A DNA stretch of 64,000 nucleotides from Eledone cirrhosa (GCA_964016885.1 OZ024742.1:241986001-242050000); one strand, 5' to 3'; positions 1 to 14,463 are shown, counted from the stretch's first letter. Numbers and translations: made by a program. The notes: a model not told the origin generated them from the letters alone.

Positions 1-2477
1 TCTCGTTTGTGTGTGTGTGTGCGCGTGTGTTGCTGCATCGTTTGTTAACTTATACCAGCCATCTCATTTCGCTTCTCTCTGATCGATTGTTTATTTGCGG
101 TTGCAGTCGTTTGATAAAAAGCGCTTCCTTGATACGTAACGTGCCGACGTTTCTTTCAGTCGCTAGAATTGTGACAATGGGCCTTCCGTCTTTGTTTCCG
201 CATTTGTCTATGTTTCAGGAAAGACGAGGCCCTGGTTTTAGTGTGTTCCTTGATCCGGATGTGTAAATGTCGGATTGTGCTACCTATGTAGTATTGGTTG
301 CACCTGTCACATTCTATCTTATACACGACGTATGTGCGTAGGCAACAGTTCGCATGGCGTATCGGGCAGTCTCTGAGGGAGCATGCGTCAGTAGATTTCC
401 CGGGTTTCCTGGAGAGGCATCTTCGCAGGGAGGGGCCCGAGTGGGCCAGGTGGATGTCGAGGCCCTCCCTCCGTATAGCCTTGCAGATAGCGTTGGTGGT
501 ATTCTCGCCCAGGTGTGGCATTTTAAGGAAGCACTTGCCTTGAGTGCCTCTCTGTCTCTTGTGTCTGGTGTATCCAATTCTGTCTGTGATCGAAGTAGGG
601 TACCCGTTCGTCTCCAGCACCTCGAGGAATCGCTTGGTATGAGTGACACCACTCGCGGGATCGCTGCATCTGTTTTTGATTCGCGCGATCTCGTTCGTGA
701 TGTATCCTCTTTTGGCACTGTTAGGGAGGGCGGACTTGTAGTGAACGAACAGGTTCCTGCAGGCTGCCTTTCGGTAGAAGTTGCAGTGGATCCTTCCCTG
801 TTCCGTGATGTTGATTTGGAAGTCGAGGAGGGCAAGTGACTCGTCTTCGTTGGGGTGTTCAACACTGAAGTCAATGTTCTCGTCCGTGTTGTTGAACGTC
901 TCATAGATTCTGTTCGCCGTGTCTTGGGAAGATGTGAGGATGAGGATATCGTCCACGTACCTTGAGAAAAAGGCTACGGCGTTGTGGTGGCAGGCATTGA
1001 ATGCCTTGCGTTCGAGGTTGTCCATGTAAGAGATCGCTAGCACACCTGATAGGCTTGATCCCATGGGCAATCCCGAGGTTTGTTGGTATGTTTGGTCAAG
1101 GAATCCGAAGTAGGTGTTGTCGACGACGATGGACAGGAGTTGGTGGATGTCAGTGGCGGTGAGCCCGAAGCAGTGTAGGTCGGTGGATTGGAGGCGTTCC
1201 ATCAGTATATTGACGGCCGGGAGTGCCGGGACCGAAGTGTAGAGAGCGACTACATCAAGGCTGAAGGCATATCTGTTATTCCTTCTGGTGTCGGGATCCA
1301 TTTGATGCAGACGTTTCAACACCTCTTCGGAGCTGTTAACGTGTCCCGGCAAGGTGTCTAAGATGGGTTTGAGTATTCTGGCTAGGAGCCATGAAATGTT
1401 TGTAGAGTGGTCCCTCCACGCTCGATACGATGGGCCTGATCTTCAGGTCGGGTCCCTGTTTGTGTGTTTTCACGAGGTGGTAGAAGGCGGGTAGTCTGCT
1501 GTTCCTCGTGAGGAGGTTGTATCTCAGCTTCTTCGGGAGCTTCCACCGGTCGCAGATGTTGGTCCAGGCGGCGTTGATGTGCTCTTCTATCTGCGCGGGA
1601 GTGATTCCCGTGACCTTGGAGTGACGTTGTCATCGTCAAGGTGTTGGAGGGCTAGTGTGTTGTAGGCCTCTCTGCTGATGACGCAGAATTATTTTCCCTT
1701 GTCGGAGGGGAGATAGATGAGGTTCTTCGATTGTAGGTTGGAGAGAGTGGTGAGTTGAGATTTGGTGAGGTTATGTGTTGTGCGTGTGTGTGTGTGTTTG
1801 TGAAGTATATCCGAGATGGAGTGTTTTAGCCTGATGAGTTTAGTGTCGAGTTCGTGGTTGGTGTGGGGGGGGGGGACTTGGGGGGGGGGGGTGCGTGGGC
1901 GCTGTTATTTTCTGTTGTGCTGTTGATGGCGGTCACCCATTTAAGTTGGTAAGCGGCTCGACAAAAGTTGGCCTCGATGTTGAGTTTGAGTCTGTCGTCG
2001 AGACGTTGTGAGACGATGAACTTGGGCCCGAGGTGTAGGAGTTTCAGCTCGTCGCTCGTGAGAGTGCCGGTTAGGTCGGTGACCAGGTGCGTCGCATCGT
2101 TGAGGTATGGCTCGGTGTTGGTGGATGCGGCGGTGGTGGTTGTTAAGTTGTTGTTTCCCACGTGGTTCTGGTCCGTCTGTCCGTCTGTTCGTTAGTGTCT
2201 GTTCGTTATTTTTATTTTATCCTTTATACTCTTTCCTTCATTCTTCTACACATCTTATACACACCACGCATCTCAACGTACACCCACTTACATCTCTTTC
2301 TCCACCACCGGATCTTGTTACGCGGAGATTTACCCATTTGCATTGTCGAGGCTTCCAAACGACTTAAAGATATTTACTTATTATTCCACAATGCTTCAAG
2401 CAAACTTCAATACTCTCATATATATCTATATACATACCAATAAACGAAGTTAATTTTAACCTGTTGACTTACAGTTG

Positions 2478-2480
<3 letters not shown>
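1..2480 (-). mobile_element. Penelope-like retroelement (RT + GIY-YIG), disrupted; 3' end runs off the window
   Basis: ORF 156-1352 has LDVVALYTSVP, QTSGLPMGSSLS, YVDD, LLDF and GIY-YIG YVVYKIECDRCNQYYIGST..LHIRIKEH. Broken upstream frames give IYLPSDKG and FYHLVKTHK..KIRPIVS, and ORF 1826-2161 has LLHLGPKF. Abuts (TA)n at 2482. Confidence 0.9.
156..2161 (-). pseudogene. PLE reverse transcriptase-GIY-YIG ORF with frameshifts and stops
   Basis: PLE motifs are spread over several frames, with a break near the G/C homopolymers at 1866-1891 and an in-frame TAA after SDKGK. Confidence 0.85.
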
Positions 2481-2530
<50 letters not shown>

Positions 2531-2560
2531 TATATATATATATATGTATATATATATATG

Positions 2561-2690
<130 letters not shown>

Positions 2691-2756
2691 CATATATATA
2701 TACATATATATTTACGGTTGGTAAATAAAAACACACGCACCTGTTATTTCAATTTA

Positions 2757-3125
2757 TCACTTCAATTTATTATATATATCCGGTTGGTTGGTTGGTTCGT
2801 TGGTTCGATAACCGAAATATTGCCTATATATTGCCAAACCTCTTTCGTCACACATTCTGTGACCTCAGTGATTAGATTTTTATTTTGTGTCTCTCCTTTG
2901 TTCTGTTCTACACCATCTTAGTTTGCGCAAAATAAGCACACAACACACAACCCACAAACACATGATGTAGGAGAGAGCAAATAAGAGACACACAAAATAA
3001 AAACCTAGTCACTGAGGAGGTCACAGAATATATGATGAAAGAGCTTTGACAATATATAAACAACCTTCCGCTTATTGAGCCAACCAACCAGCTAGCCGGA
3101 AATTTATAGTAGATTGAAGTGAGTG
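2757..3125. repeat. Diverged inverted repeat (about 150-bp arms) beside (TA)n
   Basis: cacttcaat..ccggttggttggttgg..ttctgtgacctcagtga..ttttattttgtgt mirrors acacaaaataaaaa..tcactgagg(agg)tcacagaa..ccaaccaaccag..ccgg..attgaagtga. Confidence 0.7.
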
Positions 3126-3251
3126 TTTTTATTGGCAGCATGACCCTACCAAAGTATGACAATATATGAATGGACCTGTTATTTTTATCTAAACACATCT
3201 TTTCCAATTCCATTACGCCCTTCCCCTCAATCTATCTTATTTTTCATTCTT

Positions 3252-3287
3252 TCTTCTGATGAAGGAATAGCGTCCGAAACGTTAAGA
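3252..3287 (+). ncRNA. Minimal type I hammerhead ribozyme (family J)
   Basis: TCTT-CTGATGA-A-GGA atagcg TCC-GAAAC-GTT-AAGA, with stem I TCTT/AAGA and palindromic AACGTT in place of stem III. The host repeat (about 3160-3320) recurs near 46195-46350 and, decayed, near 13420-13560. Confidence 0.6.
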
Positions 3288-3361
3288 CCCTCTTCCTGCT
3301 ATATCAAGCGTTAACCTAATAATATAGAGTACAAATGGTGTTGTTATTTCTGTTTACCTTT

Positions 3362-3463
<102 letters not shown>

Positions 3464-3754
3464 CGAATATATATATATATACGAATATATATACGAATAT
3501 ATATATACGAGTAATCATTTTTGGTTACTCAAGTTTAAGCGTTACAGTAACTCTTATCGAGGACTGTTTCAGCATATATTGGCAATTGACTGAACAAGAG
3601 GCTTAGTACAAGAGGTCGATCATAGGGTGATCCTTAGAGATTTCCGTAATCAGTAATCCTTGGAATAGTTACAAACAGATAAATAAAGATTTACATAGAT
3701 AAGCAATACAGTATTGCTAATCTGTGTAAATCGTTATTTATCTCTCTCCCTCTC

Positions 3755-3868
<114 letters not shown>

Positions 3869-3949
3869 AACACATAAACACACAGACACACACATGCGGG
3901 CGCGCACGCACACCTATATATATATATATATATAAATCAGAATGGATGC

Positions 3950-4118
3950 AATAAAAACCAATTAGATTATTACTCACCAGAGTACTCGATACTTGGGATA
4001 GTAGAGTAGGTAATATGAAGGAATCTGTACCCTCACGGCTGGGCTCCTGCCGTTTCAACGGCTATATCCGAACTAGCTGTTGAAGCGACAGGAGTTCAGC
4101 CGTCGATGTCCCGAATAC

Positions 4119-4124
<6 letters not shown>
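3950..4124. mobile_element. Decayed family C fold-back mini-element with tail
   Basis: Tail caccagagtactcgatacttgggatagtagag, then palindrome acggctgggctcctgccgtttcaacggcta / tagctgttgaagcgacaggagttcagccgt, flanked by (TA)n. Confidence 0.65.
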
Positions 4125-4169
<45 letters not shown>

Positions 4170-4170
<1 letters not shown>

Positions 4171-5690
4171 GATAAATCTACCAAAATATACGGTAGTGTC
4201 CAATCCGTATGACGAACTCAATGTAATCCAAATATCATAAAAAGAGAAGATGCATTCAAATATTTTCGATGAAAATCATAGGAAAACAGAGTCAAGATAA
4301 ATTAATAAAAACAATGAATAAAAACAAAGAACAAGTTCCATATATTAAAACATTCATCATTTTACGATCGTTTCTAGGATATATATATGTGTGTTGGTAT
4401 GTATATCATATAAATCTATGTAAAAATATTACAAACTATCAGAGGAAATATACATACCTTCACATATATATGCTGTCTTCATAAATGATGAAACTTGTTT
4501 ATTGAAAAAAACCCAACAAACATTTAATATAATAGGTCCGTTTGGGAACAGGTTTTGAATTGACCAATAGAAAAGTAGTAAGAGGTCAAGTTGATAGAAT
4601 AGTAGTAGTAGAAATTTAATTTAGTGGTAGAGGAGTGCAGACTTATGTTTTGAATGGAAAGCATACTTTGAATGAAAAGAATACTTTGGGTATGAAAAGA
4701 GGTCAAGCCGGTGAAGGGTACACGAAAATTTGATATTATTAAAGAATAATGTTAAAAACGAAGGAAAGTAATATTTTAGGGTAAGGGTAAGGGTATTAGT
4801 GAGAAATACCAATTTAAACCACAAGGAATCTAGATCTATAACAAGAAATTAAATTAATTGATAGGTATACTTATAGGGATAAATTTATATTAATTCATAT
4901 GGATGTGATAAATAAGAATTAGATGTTATTAAAGAATATTGTTAAAAACGAAGGAAAATAAAATTTTGGGATAAGGGTAGTAGTGAGAAATACCAATCTT
5001 ATAGAAACTACAAGGAATCTAGATACATAACAGGAAATTAAATTTATTTATATGTATACTTTTAGGTATTAATCTTAGGAAAAGAGAGCTGTAAGAGGGA
5101 AATACAATTATGAAGTTCTCTGTAGTAAAGTATTAATTATAGGTTAACTAAATAAAAAAAAATAATTATAATAATATGTAAAATATAAGTGTAAGGTGTA
5201 TATTAATTAGGTTTATAATATTTGAAGGTTCTTCTAATTCTATGATTGCAAGATATAAATAATTCTTGTCGCTAATACGATATCCTTAGATTTCATTAGT
5301 TCAAAAGGTTCCTGGGAGCATAATCTACACTCATATCTGTTATTTTGATAAGGGGTTGCCCTTTTAAGCACACTCCAGGTCAGGTTGTAATCGATATTCT
5401 GCTTTCTATAATTATTAATTGTTTCAGCCAATGATGTTGTATTAGCTAATGCGGCATTTTAAAAACTATGTTTGTGGGTATTAAATCTTACTTTAAATTG
5501 TTTAGACGTAGCTCCTATATATGAATAAGTGGAGTCCTTAGTGCTAATTTTACATTTATAGACTATGTTATTAATAAGACGATTTCCCTTTAATGGGTAA
5601 ATTCTAGTTTTTTAATAATACTTTACTACAGAGAACTTCATAATTTTATTTCCCTCTTACAGCTCTGTTTTCCTAAGATTAATACCTATT
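4170..5690 (-). mobile_element. 5'-truncated PLE (Naiad-like GIY-YIG) with an inverted copy of its own 3' region at the 5' junction
   Basis: Minus 5600-5210 reads PLKGN.LINNIVYKCKISTKDSTYSYIGATSKQFKVRFNTHKHSF..W.VLKRATPY..CRLCSQE, then frameshifts to ELFISCNH. 5615-5690 is the reverse complement of about 5063-5136. There is a tandem duplication of about 190-bp period at 4733-5061. Both ends lie in (TA)n. Confidence 0.8.
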
Positions 5691-5706
5691 AATATATTAA
5701 TACCTA

Positions 5707-5766
<60 letters not shown>

Positions 5767-6381
5767 TAAATCAGTTTATAGAGGGAAGTACATATAGAGG
5801 TAAGTGTTTAATCCTAGGGAATAAAAAACCACCAGAGTGATGAACATATTGTCTACGTAAGGAAAGATGAATTCAGATTAATTCAAAGAATGAATTAAAG
5901 CGTACTAACCATCCTATAATAACTATTACACCTGGACATGTTCAAATTAGAGAATATTTCGCTCCAAAAAGTGAAGATTACATATTGTAGAGGGTTCATC
6001 TACAAGTGGACTACATTATGGTCTGCACTTCTTAAAAATGTCAGATAACTAAAAAAAATGCACATGGAGTAGAGAGAAGACACACTCGTTATATAGCCCA
6101 TGTAGTGTGAATGGACCACAATACCGCTAAAAACAGCAGCTCAGAAATATTTAACTTAGAAAGCTCTACTTACATATAGAAATGAATTAGGAGCCAATAT
6201 ATCAAATTAAAAAACGGAGTTTAAGACTCACGTTGATCCTCTATAATTTAATGAGCTCAAGGATTAAATTCCGGTCTCTTTATGAATCAGTATATATATA
6301 GAGGAGTACACATAGAGTTACACCTTGACATGCTCAAATTAGAGTTTGTTTCAGCGCGAGACTAACTACGTTTTTTTATTT

Positions 6382-6548
<167 letters not shown>

Positions 6549-7198
6549 CATAAAATATGTCTTTAGAATCACTAGATATAATATATACCATTTCCTCTCC
6601 CAATTAGTATAATTAACCATATAAAGAATCAATTAGACCAAGCTATAAGAATAAAGGCTCCTATGAAGAAATCTCCGACAAATAACCGAAAGCAGCCCTT
6701 CGCGGGGGCTACAATAGATTATTTATCTAACATTTCGACAGCATGTAAACATCGACCAGATATACAGTCAACTAAACACAATTAGGTGTAAAATTGAACT
6801 TAGAAGAATTTGCGTACATACCTCATTACCTCTACCATGGTTTCATCCGTATTTTAAGACATCCGATAACAAGAAATGTCCAGAGGTTCGGAATTATCAG
6901 GAGCGAGCTCAAAATAAGACATTTAATTTTCCAAAGTGATCGCACCAAAAATACATTCAAAAATGGCTAAGAATCGTGACGTGGCAGCGGTCAAGTTAGA
7001 AAGGATGTGATTAGTTGCTTACGGCGGGTAGGCTTATTGCTAGAAAGCGCAGCATAATACCGCCTAGTCATTCTAAAGACATATTTTATGATATATAGCT
7101 CTGATTATTTAATTTAATCTATTAATTTCTCATTGAGCCACAACGTGACCGGTTGCAAAACACATATATATCTATGACTTTATATATATATGTAAATC

Positions 7199-7235
<37 letters not shown>

Positions 7236-7385
7236 GGCTCAAGCCGTTTCGACGGCTATTTCTGGACATCCAGAGCTCTGCCGCCGGGGTTAAACATTTT
7301 CCTATTACCCAATCTACTACTCTAAGTATTGAGTACTCTGGTGCCTTATGGTCCATCTGGTTCCTTATCACACCTCCTTCGTTAT
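7236..7385 (+). mobile_element. Family C mini-element (partial palindrome + tail)
   Basis: gctcaagccgtttcgacggctatttctgga..gagctctgccg..ctaagtattgagtactctggtgccttatggtccatctggttcctta matches 58103-58300. Confidence 0.75.
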
Positions 7386-7393
7386 ATATATAT

Positions 7394-7560
7394 AGGCGTC
7401 TACAGGAGTAGAAGTGTTTCATTCGGGAGAAATCACCAAGGATTGCTGATGATTTCTCCGAAATGAAACAGTTCTATTCCTGTAAAACGCCTTTCTATAT
7501 TAAATATTTTTACTCTGTTTTGTATTGTATTGAGTACCTTACTTACTGTGGTTACTCCCA
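7394..7560. mobile_element. Family A double-hammerhead palindrome (7394-7492) with tail
   Basis: CTGATGA at 7446, then tttctccgaaat GAAA CAG ttctattc CTG TA, with an inverted arm at 7394-7437. Tail gtattgagtaccttacttactgtggttac is the reverse complement of the tails at 43185 and 46535. Confidence 0.75.
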
Positions 7561-7749
7561 ATTGTTTCGACGACAAGTGTTCCAGTTGTTCGATCAACAG
7601 AACTTTCTGCTCATGAAATTAATTGATAATTGGCTGAGTATTCCAAATATATAGTACGTTTAACATCATTTCCTGGGGGATTGAGAGTGACACAGTTTGT
7701 GACAATGGTGATCCATTGAGTTACATGTACAGTCTGTCCGACGGGTCTC

Positions 7750-7885
7750 CTGACAGTTTTCATCTACCCAATCACACTCAAAAGGCATGGGTCGACACGA
7801 GGCTATGTTAAGTGACACTTGCTCAAGATATTAGTATCGGATCGAACCTTAACCATTCGGCCCTTCTGTGTCAAAATGCACAAAC
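7750..7885 (-). mobile_element. Decayed tRNA-derived CORE-type SINE
   Basis: Reverse strand has ggttaaggttcgatcc..tcttgagcaagtgtcactt, with a related copy at about 40570-40680. Confidence 0.5.
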
Positions 7886-7904
7886 ACACACACACGCGCG
7901 CGCG

Positions 7905-7950
<46 letters not shown>

Positions 7951-7968
7951 TATATATATATATATATA

Positions 7969-8068
7969 CGGGGTCTTACTGGTTCCTATTACCCACTCTA
8001 CTACCTCAAGTATTGAGTACTTTGGTGCGTTATGGTCCACCTGGTTCCTTACCACATTTCCTTCGTTA
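7969..8068 (+). repeat. Family C tail fragment in (TA)n
   Basis: cccactctactacctcaagtattgagtactttggtgcgttatggtccacctggttccttaccacatttccttcgtta; the same tail occurs at 44136-44212, 46773-46860 and 49393-49491. Confidence 0.75.
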
Positions 8069-8479
8069 TATATATATATATATATATATACAGTGTGTTA
8101 GAAAAAAAATGCGTGCACCTTTGATTAGAAAGCTGTTAAATTGTGTAGACATTATTTGGAGACACCCTGTATATATATATATGTGTGTGTGTTTGTGTGT
8201 GTGTGTTTGTGTGTGTACAGGAATGCCTATCGTATTTGTCGGATGTGATAATTAAATATAAATAGAAGAAAGACCTAATCGATAATAAAAGAGTAATTGT
8301 GAAGATGTGAGTCAGTGTTATCATGATAAAGAGCAGCCCAATGATCAAACGCTTTCCAGATGTAACCATTCTATACTTTGTGTATGTATCACGGAGAAAG
8401 TAGTGTGTGCGCTACCGAATACTGCTCCTCGTAGTACATACTTCTAAGCCCTGGTGATTTGGTTATATATTTATCTACA

Positions 8480-8990
8480 TGTTTTTCGATCATTGCCAAT
8501 GTACTTGGGTTGATATTGTTTTCAGCGGCTACATTTACATTATCTCTTTATGTGGATAATTTACCTTGAAGCTGTTGCCTGTCGGACGACAATATCTAGT
8601 TAATTAGGCTTAATTTCTCTGTTTGTATTGGCATATCGCAGAATATGATTGGCTTGTCATACCCTGTGACATTTTCCGATCTATGCCTCTATGACTGCTC
8701 TCTGTTCGTGCGTCACAATGTTGGCAATACCTTGTGTGTTTGTAAATCGCAACTCTGTAACATTTGTGGATGTATTATTTCTTGCTGAGACTAGGCATTA
8801 CAGTTTAAAGAGTCTTCCGCACACCCACATTCATCAGCTACTTAATGTATTCTGTTTACTTTTGTGGTGTAAAAGCTTTGATATTGTACTGCAATGAAGT
8901 ATCGTTCCATCTCAGCTTTGACTTAACTTGGCAACCAGTGCTTCGAATTTTCCTTGTCTCTTTGCAACCTGTCTACACTTTTCGGGTATT
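8480..8990 (-). pseudogene. Ancient R4/Dong-like C-terminal relic
   Basis: Broken frames give KAEMERYFIAVQYQS and IIFCDMPIQTEK, resembling LKSETEGLIISAQDQ and LWNFSIQTDR of the Dong copies in this window. Confidence 0.35.
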
Positions 8991-10493
8991 GTAATCGTTT
9001 TATTATTGTATTAATTAGCACTGGATGCAAGGTGGATGACTGCAAGGTTTAGTATGGGATTTGGCTAGAGACACGAGTGAGTATTTGAATTATTGAGTAC
9101 TGTAAAGCGAATGTGTTAACACAATTATATTTGAGCAACTGTGTGCATCTGTGTGTGTATTGTAAATATTTGAGAGTATTCAGGTGTCTTTAAGTGCGTA
9201 CATATGAGTCTGGGACTGCCAGTGAATATATATGTGTTTGACTACCTAGTACTGCGTGTGTATATATATATAAATGTGTGTGAATATAAGCCGGACCGTG
9301 TGTATTATTATTTTAGTCAGTATAGGTATTTGTGCGTGTACGCATTTCTATATGCATGTTTCTGTGTGTGTGTATGTATATTTGTATAGGCATATGAGCG
9401 CGCTCATCTCTGTATCACCCATATATAAACACACACGTATACATAAACTCGAATCCACAAGTGGACAAACAAACACAAACTCACATTTACATAGACACAC
9501 CACCAGAGCGCCAAATGCCTACGCTTTTAAAAGAAAATATGAGTACATTTTCTGTTACAGACTTGTACATTACTATATATATAATTAAAAGATATAAATT
9601 AAAAGAAAAGACAACAAAATTACCTCCGGAGAACAACACAATACACTAAATATATGTTAGTTTAACGCTTAATAGAGTTGGAAAATCATCTTAACAGACA
9701 CGCACATACACACAAACACATACGCCCACATATATACATATATATATGCATGCAGAAATATATGTATGTATACGTACAGTACATACATATGTGCATGCAT
9801 ATATACACAGATTCGCAGGTACACATGAACACATAAACACACATTAACTCGACAACATATATACGTAGGCAAATAGAAACAAAAACATCCTCACACCCAT
9901 ATACACATATATACGCTTACACGCACATATACACATACGCATGAACATGTACGCTAAGACATGCAGGTGAACATCGTTTATGTGATAGCTGGTGTTTGGT
10001 GCGGAATGAGTCATTTAAAGTTATATTTTGAAATCTGTTTTCGACATTTAGAACGAACATCCTTGAACAGATTTGCAGCTGTCCACATCAGTTTATGAGA
10101 GAATCTTTCTCATTTCGGAATTGAGCATCAAAGACGACTATAAGCTTGTAGTGTTTCATGATACACCCTACTATCTCCGACTCTCTCTCCTTCTCGCTCT
10201 CGCCCTAATGTTCTGTATTCCAAAGTCTATCTCACTCTCGTGTTTTCTCAATATAATCTTTAGTTTTAGCTACACTCTGTGGATTCCATCAATCAATCGA
10301 TCAATCAATCTACCAATCAATCAATCAATCAATCTATCTATCTATCTATCTATATATCTATCTATCTTTTGTTATATTTTATTTTATTTTTATATCTTGT
10401 TATTGCCTCCTCCTTATTGAGGACGCCTTTTCATGTAAACTCCCCCTTTGTACTTGTCCCACTTTTTGATGCCCTGGTGGCAAATAAAAAAAA

Positions 10494-10544
<51 letters not shown>

Positions 10545-10882
10545 GTCTGTCTATATATCTATCTATCTGTCTATATATCTATCTGTCTATATATCTATCT
10601 GTCTATCGGTCTATCTGTCTATCTGTCTGTCTGTCTCTTTGTCTCTTTGTCTGTCTGAATTTTCATGTATCTATCTATTTATCTTTCTATCTAGATATCT
10701 ATATGTCAGTCTGTCTGTGTCAGTCTGTCCGTCTGTCGATCTATTTATCTATAATAAAGGAAACACCTCTATGCACATCTTTAGATATCTAGATATACAT
10801 ACATTAATATTGACATGTATATTTACATACTTACATACATACGCACATGCACAAAAGAATACATAAATACATATATACATTG

Positions 10883-11130
10883 TCAAGTCAAGAGTACTTA
10901 AACTATACGGCCATATAAAAAGATCAACTCATGGTGTGAGTAGGTTATGCCTGGAAGGAAGGTTGGCTGGTGGGAGAAGCAGAGGCTGGCAGCCAAAACG
11001 ATGGCTTGACAATGTCAATTCAGGGAGTGGACTTGATCTTTGCTCTTTGAACTCTGCTGCTAGTCATCGAACTTTGTGGAGTGAGATATCACATGCGCAG
11101 TCTGCAACTGGCGGAGTTTAGCGGCAGAAG
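10883..11130 (+). mobile_element. 3' fragment of an RTE-clade LINE
   Basis: LKLYGHIKR..RLCLEGRLAGGRSRGWQPKRWLDNV is typical of the RTE C-terminus (EG.R.RGRP..RW.D). Confidence 0.65.
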
Positions 11131-11419
11131 GATACATTCATGCATGTATACATACATACGTACAAAATTACTAAAAAACATACAAACTAAAATACATCTA
11201 TAATCGTTATTACACACATATATCCAAACATTAACTTTTATATAATGTATGTGTTCGCTATCTCCGCCTGGCCTTTCAGGGATAGCTTTCTCTCGACCCA
11301 TTTCTGAATGAGTGTGGCCACAGTGCTCACTACCTCATTCCCGTTCTTATCCAACTGGAGATCTGGACAAAACCAGACCCAGATCAACTTCACCAGTCCG
11401 TCCATTATTATTCAAAGCA

Positions 11420-11615
11420 GTGAATAAAGAGAATCGTTAGGGCATCGGCCAAATGCTTTCTGAATGTTTTCTGAGTCTTTATGTTTTCAGTTCAACTCCT
11501 GCGAGATCAACTTTGTCTTTCATCATTCCACAGTAGCTAAAATCGATATTGAGATCTATACAATTGACTCTCGCCTTAAATTGCTCGCATTTTGCCTAAA
11601 TAAGAAACCATTATA
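11420..11615 (+). mobile_element. Decayed SINE copy
   Basis: ttcaactcctgcgagatcaactttgtctttcatc..ttgcctaaataagaaaccattat aligns with the younger copies. Confidence 0.55.
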
Positions 11616-12360
11616 ACGTCCATAATTCAGTACTTTTTGGAGAATGAAGGCATGAATTCATTTCGTTTTCCACTCTTCCGAATTTAATAGAGCTAATGAC
11701 CTATTATATACAATGAAGCAAAAAAAAAAATTAATGTAAAAAAAAAAAAAATGAATTCAATGGTCAAATCTATATATGTCTGTATATATAGATCTATTAG
11801 TGCATACTCCCGTAAGAATTGTGGAAGTGCTTATTAAATTTAGGGTTGAATACATAATTTTCACCCAAATCATACAGCTGCATAACTAAAACATCTTTAG
11901 ATTAAGAAGTCCGCTTCTTTTCAATAACTTCAATATGAAATTTGCAGACTTCATTTTTCTAAACACTGTCATAATAATGGCTTTGTATTGAAAGGACATG
12001 GCCAATCATTAAGTACAAATAGTCGGTTTTATTGTTGTCGCTGTCAGCGATAAGTGACAGGTATTTCATCAATCTCAAAGAGACCAAATACAGTAGTGCT
12101 TTATATAATATATGAAATCAGAGCAGGGACCACAAAATATAAATGATCTTGCTAGATATACCATTTTTAGGGTATATGGCTCATGGCTTAATGGTTAGAG
12201 TGTTCGGCTTACGATCGTATGGTCGTAAACGTTCGATACTCAATAAAATACTAAATACATGTAAACGAAACTGCATTGTTTTACTCAACATATGTACATT
12301 CTGCCTGTGCATCGAGTGCTCGTTTTGGTACCACCATCAATAATTTACTTAATCCCATAC

Positions 12361-12470
<110 letters not shown>

Positions 12471-12500
12471 TATTTATTTATATATATATACATATACATA

Positions 12501-12560
<60 letters not shown>

Positions 12561-12577
12561 TGGTAACACAACAGTTA

Positions 12578-12626
<49 letters not shown>

Positions 12627-12679
12627 TAATATAATAATAATAAATGTGAAGACTAAAATCCGAAGCGGGCTCGATAAGG

Positions 12680-12715
<36 letters not shown>

Positions 12716-12765
12716 TATGCATGTATACGTACATACATATATGTATACAGACGTACAGTAGCATG

Positions 12766-12811
<46 letters not shown>

Positions 12812-13646
12812 TACATATGCATACAGGTACACATACATATATGCACGTATCAGTTTAGCGGCGCTAACGTCGCTTTGTTCGTTTGTAAACAAACTGAACA
12901 GCCTGAATTTATGCCATACGGTGTTAAGGCAACCACGTCACCTTTTTGTTCAACACTGACACAGGAACGATGTACTAGTTTCAAGCTTGTTAGCTATCAT
13001 CAGCACCGTTTACCCATCTGCCAGATAGTTGAACGTTCGAAAGTATATACTTTCCTTATGAAAAGTAAGTGCCATACTAAGAGTGAGAAATGAAATTTCG
13101 TTTTCATTTTGTTTCAATTTATATATATATATATATATATATAAATATATATAAAAACCGTAGAGCAAATATTTAAATATTTATTAAGATAACAGATAAC
13201 AGATTAAAGTAACTCTTAACGGGATCTTAGTTGCACGGGGTAAAACACAAAACTTGACTTGATCGAATTTAATAGCACCTTTGTCCCACGTCAGACCTCT
13301 CTTGGGTAATGTAATTTTAAAGTTGGTATTGAAAAATACCGAGTGAAGGGTTGCCTACAGGTTCAAGAAGCCCGCGGAAAGGAGCATGTGTGACAACGCA
13401 GCAACATAGAGACGTGTATTTTTTTCTAATTTTTTTTCCAGTTCTTCCTCTTCTCAATATTTATCTTTCTATTTTATGTATTATTTCTAATTCTATTCGA
13501 TGTATGACTAGTGTCCGACACATTAAGACTCTTTCCCTGTTAATTCAAGCGTTAAATTAATATATTTGTTCAAAGTATTGTGTCGTTTGCTTTGTTATTT
13601 CTGTATACTTTTACATACACTTATCACACAAATACACACACACACG

Positions 13647-13812
<166 letters not shown>

Positions 13813-13864
13813 AATATATATATACATATATATATATATATGTATATATAATTTCTCTATTTTC

Positions 13865-13919
<55 letters not shown>

Positions 13920-14340
13920 CATATAAATATATACTTATATATGTATATATAAATACTGAAACGAACCTATCGAATAGGATCGATACACCTTCGATAATTA
14001 TCTCACTCTCACAATAATTTAATTAAATCAGTGGCATTAAAATATCAGCCGGAAGAAATTAGAGCGCACACTAAAACGTTAAATAGTGAGAAAAAAATTT
14101 CATGTGGATAGAAAATTTGATTTTCAGGCCCCGAACTAATATATTATTTTTTGCAACTCTCTCTGCTATCGACAGTTCGAATGGAACTGTCGTGCATAGA
14201 AAATAGGTAATACTATTAAGTATTGCGTAATTGGCAAATAGCAGCTTCATCAGCGAGGATGTACCCCTCCGGAACTGATCAGCTATTAACCGACTCCTCT
14301 GGTGTAATTTAGCCATTGCCGTAGTTAACTCAACCTTCAG

Positions 14341-14463
14341 TGTCGACCCCGTAAGGATGAAAGGCAAAGTTAACCTCGGCGGGATTTGAACTAGGAATGG
14401 CAAGGGCCGTAACTCTATGCTGCAAATCATAGCGTCCGACCATCTATCGATACTGCCAATCCA
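14341..14463 (-). mobile_element. SINE (tRNA-like head, GCCTTTCATCCTTACGGGGTCGA core), 3' truncated
   Basis: gtcgaccccgtaaggatgaaaggcaaagttaacctcggcgggatttgaac..gatactgccaatcca. Confidence 0.8.

Noticed and set aside
1675-1840. CTGATGA at 1675 and 1831 (also on the minus strand near 14250 and 23620)
   Set aside because: No paired stem II with GAAA and NUH follows.
8091-8170. Tiny TA-flanked cagtgtg..caccctg element
   Set aside because: Possibly a mariner-end remnant, but too short and mismatched to call.
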